Positions 16,473-24,641 of a stretch of DNA of 24,641 bases are shown here, in pieces (within the stretch, counting starts at the first letter, position 1; each line of letters opens with the position of its first letter). Origin of the DNA: a virus (taxonomy: Duplodnaviria > Caudoviricetes). The position numbers and the translations under genes are program-made. The stretch is from the IMG/VR virus record IMGVR_UViG_3300023095_000044, positions 1 to 24,641 of that record, one strand, 5' to 3'. The notes under the pieces are model-generated. The model saw only the letters and a program-made list of their open reading frames with translations, ran no database searches and had not been told where the DNA came from.

Positions 16473-16939
16473 GCCGCTTCCTTACGCCAACCGACGCTCA
16501 CGTTCTGCATCGACGACAGGCGCTCAGCCATCTCCTCCTTGCGCTCCTCACGCTCACGCAGGCGGTCACGCTCACGCTCAGCGGCACGACGCCGGTCGAA
16601 CTCCTGGCGAGCACGCATCGCCTGCTCGTTCTGCAAATCACCGGCCTTCACCATCTCGAGGAGTCGGCCAGTCGGCTCGACGTACTCACCGTCATCGCCG
16701 ACCACGGGCAGGAGCGTCGTCACGTCGTTGTCGACGGCGCGCATCACATGCCAGTAGCCGGGCTTCAAGCCGACCGCCTGAGCGTTCTCGTTCGCCTTGA
16801 TGAGTGCGAGGTTCGGGTCGATCTTGCGGAGCTCCCGGGTCCAGTACTCGGCAGTCGCGTCACGGATCGCGCCCTCAGCGATCTGCCGCTTGTGGATGTC
16901 CATCGCTTCGCGCTCGCGGGCGCTGGGGGGAAGCCACAT
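16469..16939 (-). CDS. Phage hypothetical protein after the capsid gene, 156 aa
   Basis: Clean ORF; GTGA overlap with the adaptor; charged C-terminal helix. Confidence 0.75.
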   Translation of the reverse strand: MWLPPSAREREAMDIHKRQIAEGAIRDATAEYWTRELRKIDPNLALIKANENAQAVGLKPGYWHVMRAVDNDVTTLLPVVGDDGEYVEPTGRLLEMVKAGDLQNEQAMRARQEFDRRRAAERERDRLREREERKEEMAERLSSMQNVSVGWRKEAA

Positions 16940-16956
16940 GGCGAACCTGCCTCTCT

Positions 16957-16993
16957 AGAAGAAGGGGGCGGCCCCGACCGAAGCCGGGGCCGC
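16957..16993 (-). terminator. Terminator/attenuator hairpin after the major capsid gene
   Basis: GCGGCCCCGGC-UUCG-GUCGGGGCCGC followed by CCCCUUCUUCU, 8 nt after the capsid stop. Confidence 0.75.
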
Positions 16994-17001
16994 AGGAACT
17001 G

Positions 17002-18249
17002 CTAGGACAGAGCGACCGCCGCGGCGTGCGTGTTGCGACGCGCCGCACCGATCTGGAACGGCCAACGCACGCCGTCCACGAACTGCGTGGTGCCCTGCGA
17101 CCAGCCGAGCGACTTGCCGCGGCCCTCGGTCTCCGACACCCAGGTCGGGTCCTTCATCGCGCCCGTGACACGGACGAGGTCCGCCAGGTTGATGAGGAAC
17201 CAGTCCGAGTCGTAGATGTCCGGCATCACGTTGATGCCCTGGCCGTTCCACGACAGGCCGACCAGGCCGCCGACGCCACCCGCGCCCATGTTCATCTCGC
17301 CCGCGAACCGAACCTGGTTCTGGAGCGTGGTGTACATGGCCGTCGCCTGCTTCGGGGACGTGAACACCTGGACGTCGAACTTGCCCGTGTTCTGGAACAC
17401 GGACTGCTGAAGCGCCGCTGCTTTCGCGATGCTCCACACCGCTGCCGTCGAGTCGACGACCGCAGGCTTCCAGAACCCGTTGCCGGCCACCGCCGGATCG
17501 ATCCCGCCGAGCGGGGTCGTGTTGGAGCCCGCGATGTTCCGGAAGCCGTTGAGCTCCGTGTTCGTCGCGGTCACGCTGTTCGGGTTGGCGATGCTCACGA
17601 AGTGCGTCGCGCCCGCGGTCACGGCGCTCGAGAGCGTCAGGCTCGGGGCCGCCGGGTCCGGGTTGACGTCGGTGATGAACACACCGGACGCCTGCGAATC
17701 GCTGTCCGCGGTGGTGCCGATGTCGATCGGGAGACCGACCCGGAGGTGGTTGCGGGCGATGGCGTTCGCGCCGCGGCCCGCCGGAGCGAGAAGCAGCGTG
17801 GTCGACGCCGTCGTGGTCGCGCACTGGGCGATGAACCCGGTGCCGTCACCGACGAGCTGCCGGCTGATCTGACGGCTCATCGCCTGGATGGCGTCCTGCA
17901 TCGTGAAGTCGACGGCGTCCACGACGCTCGTGGAACCCCCGTTCGACTGGTTGAGGACGGCGTCCTCGATCGCGATCTGCATCCAGTTGTACACCAGGGT
18001 GTACGTGGCCGTGGAGACGCCGGGCGCCCCCGCGGGGTTCAGTGAGCCACCGTTCGGGCCGACGGACGTGTAGCCGCCGTTCGCGCCGGTCTGGATCGGG
18101 ACAGTTGCCTGCCGGCCGATCACGGTGCCGGTGACCTGGCGGATCTTCGCGAGGACCGGGTTGTCGTCGTAGAACTGCTTCTTGAGCGTCTCGGAGGTGT
18201 AAACCTCCTTGAGCACGGTGCTCAGGGACGCGATGGTGGTGGAAGCCAT
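17002..18249 (-). CDS. Major capsid protein (HK97 fold), 415 aa
   Basis: LKEVY N-terminus, RQLVGDGTG, ELNGF, RRNTHA C-terminus; strong AAGGAGG SD; follows the scaffold; downstream hairpin. Confidence 0.85.
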   Translation of the reverse strand: MASTTIASLSTVLKEVYTSETLKKQFYDDNPVLAKIRQVTGTVIGRQATVPIQTGANGGYTSVGPNGGSLNPAGAPGVSTATYTLVYNWMQIAIEDAVLNQSNGGSTSVVDAVDFTMQDAIQAMSRQISRQLVGDGTGFIAQCATTTASTTLLLAPAGRGANAIARNHLRVGLPIDIGTTADSDSQASGVFITDVNPDPAAPSLTLSSAVTAGATHFVSIANPNSVTATNTELNGFRNIAGSNTTPLGGIDPAVAGNGFWKPAVVDSTAAVWSIAKAAALQQSVFQNTGKFDVQVFTSPKQATAMYTTLQNQVRFAGEMNMGAGGVGGLVGLSWNGQGINVMPDIYDSDWFLINLADLVRVTGAMKDPTWVSETEGRGKSLGWSQGTTQFVDGVRWPFQIGAARRNTHAAAVALS

Positions 18250-18288
18250 GAGGGCTCCTCCTTGTGACTTGAGTGAGTGGGACCCGGG

Positions 18289-18939
18289 TCACCCGTCGAT
18301 GTCGTGGAGGCGCTGCGCCATGAACTCGGCGCGTTGCTCCGGCGTCATCTCTGAGATTGCGGGGTTCTGGGTGCCTGCCTGGCCGACCGGGCTGACCCTG
18401 GGGGCTGACTTCTTGCCTTCCGCCCACGCCTTCTGGCGCGCGAGGTCCCGTGCTTCGAGTGCGGCATAGGCGCCCTGGATGTCGGGCATGCCGTTCTCGG
18501 CCGGGTCCATCTGGACGGCGAGCTTCACGACGAGGTCACGGGTCGCTTCGTCCACGTCAGGGAGGGCGTCGAGCTGCTTCTCGACGTGTGTCTCGATCTG
18601 CGTGAAACGGGCGTCCTGCGTCTGCTGCTCGAAGCGCTGCTCGAGGGCCGCGATGCGGGCCTCGTACTGCGCGTCGGTCTCCCCGTAGTCCTGCACGGGG
18701 TCCTCGTCTTCTTCCTGGTCGGCAAGCTCAAGGCCGAGTGCCGCGAACGCTTCACGGTCACCGTTCCTGAGCGCGTCGAGCTGACGCCGGTACTCGGCGT
18801 TCTCCTGGGATGCGCGGGTGCCCCATGCTTGGGCCTCCCGGTGCCGCTGTTCCCAGTCGATGGTCTGCTCGTCGTTGTGCTGCTCGATGGCAGCGTCAGG
18901 CGTGTCCACGACGGGGGCCTGGGGGTCCTGGTCACTCAT
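18289..18939 (-). CDS. Capsid scaffolding protein, 216 aa
   Basis: Acidic helical protein (DWEQRHREAQAWGTRASQE) between portal and capsid; CAGGAG SD. Confidence 0.8.
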   Translation of the reverse strand: MSDQDPQAPVVDTPDAAIEQHNDEQTIDWEQRHREAQAWGTRASQENAEYRRQLDALRNGDREAFAALGLELADQEEDEDPVQDYGETDAQYEARIAALEQRFEQQTQDARFTQIETHVEKQLDALPDVDEATRDLVVKLAVQMDPAENGMPDIQGAYAALEARDLARQKAWAEGKKSAPRVSPVGQAGTQNPAISEMTPEQRAEFMAQRLHDIDG

Positions 18940-19058
18940 GCGAGTGGGTCTCCTGTGTTAGGGCGGGGCCGGTAGTGGCGTGTCCGCGGGGTGCTGCGTC
19001 CGAGAGGGGGCCGGGGCCGTGTCCTCTGGCTCTGCGCCCAAAGGGGGGCGCGAAGGGG

Positions 19059-21155
19059 TTAGGTGGGAAGCGGGGTGCCGGTGCCGCCAGGCAGGGACGG
19101 GAGACCCTTGTCCTGCGGCTTCGCGGCGTTCGCTGCACCCAGTGCCTGTGCTTGCGCGGTCTGCGCGGCTGCGGCGCGGGCCTGCTGGTCGGCCTGCACG
19201 CGGAGGATGCCGTCGTAGATGTTCTGCGCGACGGCCTGCATCTCCTCAGGCAGCGAGGCGGCGTCCTCGGTCTTCAGCCAGTCGCTGAAGACGTGCTTCC
19301 ACACCTCGGGGGTGTCGTAGTCGCGGGGCATCCAGCCGGGCACCTGCGACGGCACCGTCTGCGGCATCCCGTTCACGTCCAAGATCGGCTGACCGTCCGG
19401 GCCAAGCACCTGCTCCGTGACGGGGCCACCAGTGGTCGGGTCGGTCATCGGGGCGGACGGCATGTCCATCACCGACCCGTCCCTGATCTTCTGGATGATC
19501 CGGTTCGCGCGGCTGATGTCGAGCTCGAAGCCCTCGATCAGCTTCTCCGCGTTGCCGCCCTGGATCGCTGCCATGGCTGCCTGGCCGCTGATCCAGCCGC
19601 GGTCGAAGTACGCGAAGACCTGCTTGGTGACCTCGTCGTGCGAGCGGGCGGCGAGGCTGCCGGGCAGGACGGTGACGCTGACCTGGCCCATGAGTTGCGC
19701 GCCACGGAAGTCCCTGATCGGGTACGGGCCGAACCGGCCACGGATCTGGAGCAGGCGCGGCTCGGTGTAGTGCGCCCCGACGAGCAGCAGGCAGTGCCGC
19801 ATGAGTCGGGAGTGGAACTCCGCGAGGTCACCGAGGAAGGACTGCCACCGGTTCTGGGACTGCTCGATGATCTGCTGCGTGTTGGACGCGGCGGCGTTCG
19901 CGTCCAGGTTCTGGTCCTGGGCGATCTCGCGCATCGCTGCGCGCATCTCCTGCGCGGTCCGGAACAGGCTGTCCGGGGTCGGGGGGACCTGCTCCCACTC
20001 CGGCTTCATGCCCGCGATCGGCTTGTAGTAGATGATGTCGCCGGGCACGTCGGTGCGGGGCGTGGTGATGCTGCCAACCGGGGCCATGATCTGCGGGACC
20101 AGGCACCGGTTCTTCCACTCCGCGATCTTGTTGTAGGCGTCCTGAGCGGTCCGCTGGAAGTCGATGAGCTGCCACGTCAGCCCGAAGTCACGATCAAGCT
20201 CCGGGTCCTGCGTGTACGACAGCCGATGCAGGACGGGCTCGTCGAGGACACGGCCGGAGGCGTCCTTGAGGGGGTAGCCCTCCCATGCGTATCGGCTGGT
20301 CTCGTTGACGAGGCGCCGGTCGGTGATGACCCTGCCGCCGGCCATGACCAAACGGCGGCCTTCGGGGTACTTGGGGCTGGGGCGCTCGAGGTACTCGGTG
20401 ACCATCGCGAGGTTGTCGCGGCCCTCACGGTCGGTCGGGATGTCGGAGGTGGAGGCGTCCGGGACGACCTTGCCGCCGATGTAGCCGGGCAGGCTGCGGA
20501 GCTCGTCGATCGGGCGGGCGCGCTCGATGCAGTACCAGCGGGAGTCGTTGAAGTCGACGCCGGGCTCCCAGTACACCTCGTTCCCGGACAGGGTCAGGAC
20601 ACGGATCTCGCCCATGCCGACCTGCTCCCCGTCGACCTCGACGTAGGGGCCAACGTCCTGGTCGAAGTACGGCATGGCGAACCCATCGCCGCCGTGACCG
20701 ATCGCCATCGTCGCGACCTTCGTCGTCACCGACCGCAGGCGCCACTTGTCGTACCCGTACAGGGCTACGGACTCCGCGAGGCGGGACGCTCCCTCATCGG
20801 CGGGGTCAGTGGTGGACGGGCTGACCTCGTACGACGGGACGCGCTGCGTGGCAGCGCTGACCTTCGCCTGCACGATCGGCCGGATGAAGTTGTACTTGTT
20901 GCGGATGCGGTGGGAGGGCTTGCCGCCACCCGTCGCCGCGGTCACCGTCGGCTGGTAGGAGAGAGCGCCCTTCTCGGTGATGAACCAGTAGGTGTCACCG
21001 CGCTCGAACCGCATGCACAGCCGGCGCTTCGGGGCGTCCTTCAGCATCTCCCTGCGTCCGCGGCGGGTGCGTTCCTCAATGTCCCGGGGAATCGCTGCAC
21101 CGGTCGGGTCCTTCTGGGGGGCGAGCCGCTCACGGGCGGCGTCCATGAGGCTCAC
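19059..21155 (-). CDS. Portal protein (P22-like), 698 aa
   Basis: NFIRPIV, PSTTDPADEGASRLAE, GDGFAMPYFD, LIDFQRTAQDAYNK, Gln/Ala-rich C-terminal helix; position before the scaffold. Confidence 0.85.
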   Translation of the reverse strand: MSLMDAARERLAPQKDPTGAAIPRDIEERTRRGRREMLKDAPKRRLCMRFERGDTYWFITEKGALSYQPTVTAATGGGKPSHRIRNKYNFIRPIVQAKVSAATQRVPSYEVSPSTTDPADEGASRLAESVALYGYDKWRLRSVTTKVATMAIGHGGDGFAMPYFDQDVGPYVEVDGEQVGMGEIRVLTLSGNEVYWEPGVDFNDSRWYCIERARPIDELRSLPGYIGGKVVPDASTSDIPTDREGRDNLAMVTEYLERPSPKYPEGRRLVMAGGRVITDRRLVNETSRYAWEGYPLKDASGRVLDEPVLHRLSYTQDPELDRDFGLTWQLIDFQRTAQDAYNKIAEWKNRCLVPQIMAPVGSITTPRTDVPGDIIYYKPIAGMKPEWEQVPPTPDSLFRTAQEMRAAMREIAQDQNLDANAAASNTQQIIEQSQNRWQSFLGDLAEFHSRLMRHCLLLVGAHYTEPRLLQIRGRFGPYPIRDFRGAQLMGQVSVTVLPGSLAARSHDEVTKQVFAYFDRGWISGQAAMAAIQGGNAEKLIEGFELDISRANRIIQKIRDGSVMDMPSAPMTDPTTGGPVTEQVLGPDGQPILDVNGMPQTVPSQVPGWMPRDYDTPEVWKHVFSDWLKTEDAASLPEEMQAVAQNIYDGILRVQADQQARAAAAQTAQAQALGAANAAKPQDKGLPSLPGGTGTPLPT

Positions 21156-21466
21156 GCGAGCTCAGCCTGGTAGGCCATTTCGGCCAGCTCGTCCTTCGGC
21201 AGGTCAACGCCCATGGCGGCCCACTGGGCACGGTCGTCGTCCATCGCGACGGGACGCACCGCGGGGGCCATCTCCTGCACGCTGTGGTCGATGACGGCCT
21301 GCTCCGGGGCTTGGATGCGCTGGAGCAGATCACCGCGTTCGGTGGCCCACGTGGCGCGTTCTTCGGCCATGTGCCGGCGCTCGAGCGTGACGAGCTTGAA
21401 GCACTCGCGGGCGATCAGGGCGCAGACAAGCAGGACCGCCGCGAGGGCGATGAGTGACGGGATCAT
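21152..21466 (-). CDS. Pre-portal hypothetical protein with N-terminal hydrophobic helix, 104 aa
   Basis: GGGAGG SD; ATGA overlap with the portal gene. Confidence 0.75.
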   Translation of the reverse strand: MIPSLIALAAVLLVCALIARECFKLVTLERRHMAEERATWATERGDLLQRIQAPEQAVIDHSVQEMAPAVRPVAMDDDRAQWAAMGVDLPKDELAEMAYQAELA

Positions 21467-21541
21467 GCGGCCTCCCTTCAGAGGTCGTGGGGCACTACAA
21501 GAGGACTCCGCTTCTCAGCGCGAAGAGGGGGCGCCGATAAG

Positions 21542-22318
21542 GTGCGCGCGGTGATCGCGAGACGGTGGTTCGTGCCCCTGGTGCTTCTGGCCGGCTGCGG
21601 TGGCAGCGCTGCGCCCGAGCCCGTGACACGCGCCCCGCGCCCGCCCGTGGTCGAGGCTGCGTCCGAGATCGAGACGCTCGACGCTGGCGGCCCCGCTGTG
21701 CTGGCGCTGCCGAAGTCGAAGACGCGCCGGGTCGTGATCTACATGCACGGCGCCGCCGCGGACGGGAACGCCCTGTTCTCGACGGACCTGCGGGACGAGA
21801 CCGCTGCGGGCTTGCTTCGTGCTGGCTACGCGGTTGCCGGCGCCGACGCGGGCGGGAACGCCTGGGGTGCGCCGGAAAGCCGTTCGGACTATCGCGAGCT
21901 CGCGCGCACACTGAGCGCTCGAGGTCTGACCGAGCGGTACCTCCTGGCGGAGTCGATGGGCGCTCTCTCGGGTTTCCCGCTCGTCACGTCGCTCAAGGCC
22001 CGCGCGGTGGTCGCGGTGTACCCCGTCTGCGACGCGCGGACGGTGCGCAAGGTGTTCGCGGAGTCGATCGACGCCGCCTACAAGAACGAGCCCATCGCGT
22101 CCGTACAGCCCGTTCACTTCCGCCGCGGCTCGGCGCGCCTGCTGTTTCTCGCGAGCCCGGGTGACACCCTCGTACCGAAGGCGACCAACACCGACGTGTG
22201 CGCTGCGGACGCTCGGAGCCGCGGGCTCAAGGTGTCGACCATCGAGACCTCCGGAGACCACGCCGACGCCTCCAACTGGAAGCCGGAGCCGATCGTTCGC
22301 TTCTTCGGGGGCGGCTAG
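21542..22318 (+). CDS. Lipoprotein alpha/beta-hydrolase (esterase-like), antisense to the late operon
   Basis: Signal with lipobox LAG-C; YMHG oxyanion motif, AESMG nucleophile elbow, GDTLV Asp, GDH His; alternative start GTG 21551 lies 7 nt after TAAGGT. Confidence 0.8.
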   Translation: MRAVIARRWFVPLVLLAGCGGSAAPEPVTRAPRPPVVEAASEIETLDAGGPAVLALPKSKTRRVVIYMHGAAADGNALFSTDLRDETAAGLLRAGYAVAGADAGGNAWGAPESRSDYRELARTLSARGLTERYLLAESMGALSGFPLVTSLKARAVVAVYPVCDARTVRKVFAESIDAAYKNEPIASVQPVHFRRGSARLLFLASPGDTLVPKATNTDVCAADARSRGLKVSTIETSGDHADASNWKPEPIVRFFGGG

Positions 22319-23988
22319 AGCAGCGCGGACCCGATGGGCACTTCGCCGTCGTCGGTGATGAGGAACAGGTTCGACGCCCCGCCGCCACCCGGCAGCAGCG
22401 GGCGCAGGGCATCGGCGAGCAGCGGGGAGGTGCGGGCCACGTTCGTGTAGCCGTAGGGGTGAAGGCCGTCGCTTGAGTCCGTCGGGTCCCACCACCCGGT
22501 CGTGTCGATGTAGGTAACGCGAGAAGGGTCCGTGCAGGCAGCGCGAGCAGCCTGGATCTGCGCGGCGTGGTAGCCGCCGAGCGGGCGCATCACCGCGATC
22601 TGCGTCGTCTCCGGGATCGCGGCGAGCATGGCGTTGAGGACCGCCGTGTACGGGGCGGTGATGTCACCGGAGTCGTTCGTGCCCTGGTTGATGACAATGA
22701 GGTCGGGCGGGCTGGTGTCGAAGTCGCGGGCGACGCCATTGAACAGGGACGGCCAGGTGATCCCGAACGCCGGCACGTTGCCCTGCCCGTCGATCGCGAG
22801 GCCTTGACGCCCGTACCCGACGACGCCGACCTCGGCGCCGAGCGTCTCGGTCAGGCGCCAGGCGTAGCCCTGGATCGAGTCGGTGAAGGGGTCGGCGCCG
22901 AGCGTCTTGACGCCTTCGGTGATCGAGTCCCCGAAGGCGAGGATGTTCAGCCCACGCGGGGTGACCGCAGTGGCGGTCGCGCCGTCGGCTGCGGAGACGA
23001 CGATGCCGGTGAGCTTCACGCAGTTCGTCGGGGCGAACCACCGCTGGCCGCCGTCTACGAGCGTGGCCCGAAGGACGACCTCGAGGTGGTGCTTCGTCCA
23101 CGGGTTGTCTGGGATGTCGACCGGGACGAGCGCCGCGAGGTCTTCGTACTGCCAGCCGCCTTGGTCGACGCGGATCGCGAGCTTCGTGTCGGGGGACGCG
23201 CCCGACACGTCGAACGTCAACGCGATCGAGGCGGGGTCCCCGTCGATGAGCGTCTTGAAGTAGGCGCCCGGGTTCGTCGACATCGCCCGGACGTTCGACA
23301 CGTCCCAGTTGTAGGGGCTGTAGACGATGCCCGGGTCGTCAGGGTCGATGGTGGTCGGAGCGAGTCCAGCGGCGGGGCCTGTGAGGCCGTCGCTTGTGGT
23401 GCTGCCGGCCGTGTCGTTCGCGTCGCCGTCGAGGTGGTACTTAGCGCCCGTGTTCGCGTCGTTGGAGAAGGAGAGGATGGGCCGCGTGAAGTTCGCGGAG
23501 TACCGCGCCACGGTGCTGAAGCGGACCTCGTCGATAGCTCCGGTCCACGGGAACCCGGAGCCGCCGAGGTTGCCGATGGTCGCGGACTGCGGCGTGCCCG
23601 TCACGGGCGTCTCGGAGGTCTTCTCCAGGTTGCCGTCGACGAAGAACCGCGGCTTCCCGGCGATCCAGACGAGCGCGAGGTGGTGCCAGGCGTCGTCGTT
23701 GATCGCGACGGTGGTGTCCCAGAAGTTCGAGCCGATGCTCGCTGTCGCCTTGCCGCCAACGCTGCCGACCCAGTGCCCTTGGTTCGCACCGACCGCGACC
23801 TGGGTCCCGGAGCTGGTCGTCTTGACCCATGCCTCCATCGTGCCGTCCGTGTAGCTGCTGCCGGACATGCCGATGCTCTCGGCGCCCGCGATCGTGAAGA
23901 TGCCCGACGCACGCCCAGCGGAGCCGAACGCCGCGGACTCGGGGTTGAAGACGGCCGGGCCGGTGGTGAGGACGCCGTTGATGGGCAT
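22315..23988 (-). CDS. LamG (ConA-like lectin) plus SGNH/GDSL hydrolase, putative virion receptor-binding esterase, 557 aa
   Basis: Start ATG 23988 (TGATG overlap); LamG motifs TMEAWVK, DDAWHHLALV, GAIDEVRFS; SGNH blocks FGDSITEG, GYG, NQGTND, DGLHP. Confidence 0.85.
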   Translation of the reverse strand: MPINGVLTTGPAVFNPESAAFGSAGRASGIFTIAGAESIGMSGSSYTDGTMEAWVKTTSSGTQVAVGANQGHWVGSVGGKATASIGSNFWDTTVAINDDAWHHLALVWIAGKPRFFVDGNLEKTSETPVTGTPQSATIGNLGGSGFPWTGAIDEVRFSTVARYSANFTRPILSFSNDANTGAKYHLDGDANDTAGSTTSDGLTGPAAGLAPTTIDPDDPGIVYSPYNWDVSNVRAMSTNPGAYFKTLIDGDPASIALTFDVSGASPDTKLAIRVDQGGWQYEDLAALVPVDIPDNPWTKHHLEVVLRATLVDGGQRWFAPTNCVKLTGIVVSAADGATATAVTPRGLNILAFGDSITEGVKTLGADPFTDSIQGYAWRLTETLGAEVGVVGYGRQGLAIDGQGNVPAFGITWPSLFNGVARDFDTSPPDLIVINQGTNDSGDITAPYTAVLNAMLAAIPETTQIAVMRPLGGYHAAQIQAARAACTDPSRVTYIDTTGWWDPTDSSDGLHPYGYTNVARTSPLLADALRPLLPGGGGASNLFLITDDGEVPIGSALL

Positions 23989-24248
23989 CAGGCGGCGATC
24001 CGGATGTCGTTGGCCTGGGCGTTCGTCGGGCGCGACGGCCACCCGATCCAGATGACCGACGAGCCTGCGGGGCGCGCGGCGCCAAGGGACCCCGTGTAGA
24101 CGATGCTGGCGACTCCGCTTCCCCCCAAAAGAGGGTTGATCGGGCGGCCCGGGGTCTCACCGGACTCCTCCCCCGTGAACGTCTGAGACGTGTCCGTCCC
24201 AACGAACCCATCAACCTCGTACAACGGGTGAACAGTCCTGCGGCCCAT
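23988..24248 (-). CDS. Small virion accessory protein, 86 aa
   Basis: GGAGG SD; C-terminal ARP...VIWIG...PTNA..ND motif reminiscent of actinophage minor structural proteins; N-terminus homologous to the collagen protein. Confidence 0.7.
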   Translation of the reverse strand: MGRRTVHPLYEVDGFVGTDTSQTFTGEESGETPGRPINPLLGGSGVASIVYTGSLGAARPAGSSVIWIGWPSRPTNAQANDIRIAA

Positions 24249-24250
24249 GG

Positions 24251-24607
24251 CTACACCTCCACCGTCTGCTTAGCCGGGCGACCCGGCTTCTTCCGGGCCG
24301 TGAAACCCGCGGACTCCATGACATCCACCGCGTTCGCCAAAGCGCGCGCCTCAGCGACCTCAGCGCGCATCCCCTCGATCTCACGCTCCAGATCCGAGAC
24401 GCGCTGCTTCAGCTCAACCCCATCCACCAGCCCGAGCAGGCCGGCGGCCTCAACCACGGCCAGGTCGGACAGGTACACCCGCTGCGTCGTGAACCCATCG
24501 AACAAGTCGCTGCCCGTGTCCACGAAACGCCCCGGATGCCCCGCCCCCACCGAGGGGAACGCGGCACACCTGTGCGGCGCGAGCTCAGGCCCCTCGATGA
24601 CCCGCAT
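24251..24607 (-). CDS. Phage hypothetical protein with coiled coil, 118 aa
   Basis: TGATG overlap at start; clean ORF. Confidence 0.75.
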   Translation of the reverse strand: MRVIEGPELAPHRCAAFPSVGAGHPGRFVDTGSDLFDGFTTQRVYLSDLAVVEAAGLLGLVDGVELKQRVSDLEREIEGMRAEVAEARALANAVDVMESAGFTARKKPGRPAKQTVEV

Positions 24608-24641
24608 CAGCTCTCGAGCGCCAGTTCGCCGAACACGCGCG
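24607..24641 (-). CDS. 3' end of an upstream gene (...RVFGELALES*), truncated by the window
   Basis: TGA 24609-24607 overlaps the next ATG; frame open to the edge. Confidence 0.4.
   Translation of the reverse strand, partial: RVFGELALES

Larger units (their letters stand above)
1..24641. mobile_element. Bacteriophage/prophage genome segment, podovirus-type virion module with lambdoid-like immunity switch
   Basis: Ordered portal-scaffold-capsid-adaptor-nozzle-ejection-lysis genes; no tape measure or tail tube gene; divergent HTH repressors; ERF/exonuclease; pervasive ATGA/TGATG gene overlaps; no host housekeeping genes. Confidence 0.95.

Noticed and set aside
18810-21173. Long plus-strand ORFs (787 aa here; also 237-1586, 16804-18045, 22567-24099)
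   Set aside because: Antisense shadows of GC3-rich minus-strand genes; Arg/Gly/His-rich and without motifs
21531-21558. dif-like XerC arm (CGCCGATAA)
   Set aside because: No XerD arm (TTATGT..A) follows at the required spacing
21515-22495. 326-aa minus-strand ORF that would keep the operon co-directional
   Set aside because: Shadow of the plus-strand hydrolase, which has a lipobox and a full catalytic triad

Overview
GC-rich window that reads as a continuous stretch of a temperate-looking, short-tailed (P22/T7-like podovirus-type) phage or prophage. The host is probably an actinobacterium; this is inferred from base composition, leaderless-type promoters and actinophage-like motifs. Left (1-3732, minus): early operon with two tandem Cro-like HTH genes, small ORFs, an ERF ssDNA-annealing protein and a PD-(D/E)XK exonuclease. 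3806-4761: a divergent CI-like repressor, an antisense small ORF and a lipoprotein-like ORF. 4762-5163: a hairpin-dense non-coding region with no integrase. Right (5188-24641, minus, read right to left): accessory virion genes (LamG+SGNH esterase), an antisense lipoprotein alpha/beta-hydrolase, portal, scaffold, major capsid, tail adaptor and nozzle, three ejection-type proteins, a muralytic protein, a lysis cassette with an NlpC/P60 endolysin, and a collagen fibre. Most notable: a 30-aa N-terminal module shared by two genes 18 kb apart, an apparently circularly permuted M15-type peptidase, a convergent pair of virion and cell-surface esterases, and several structured RNA-like elements. Terminase, integrase and att sites are not visible. 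All family calls come from recognising motifs by eye; no searches were run.
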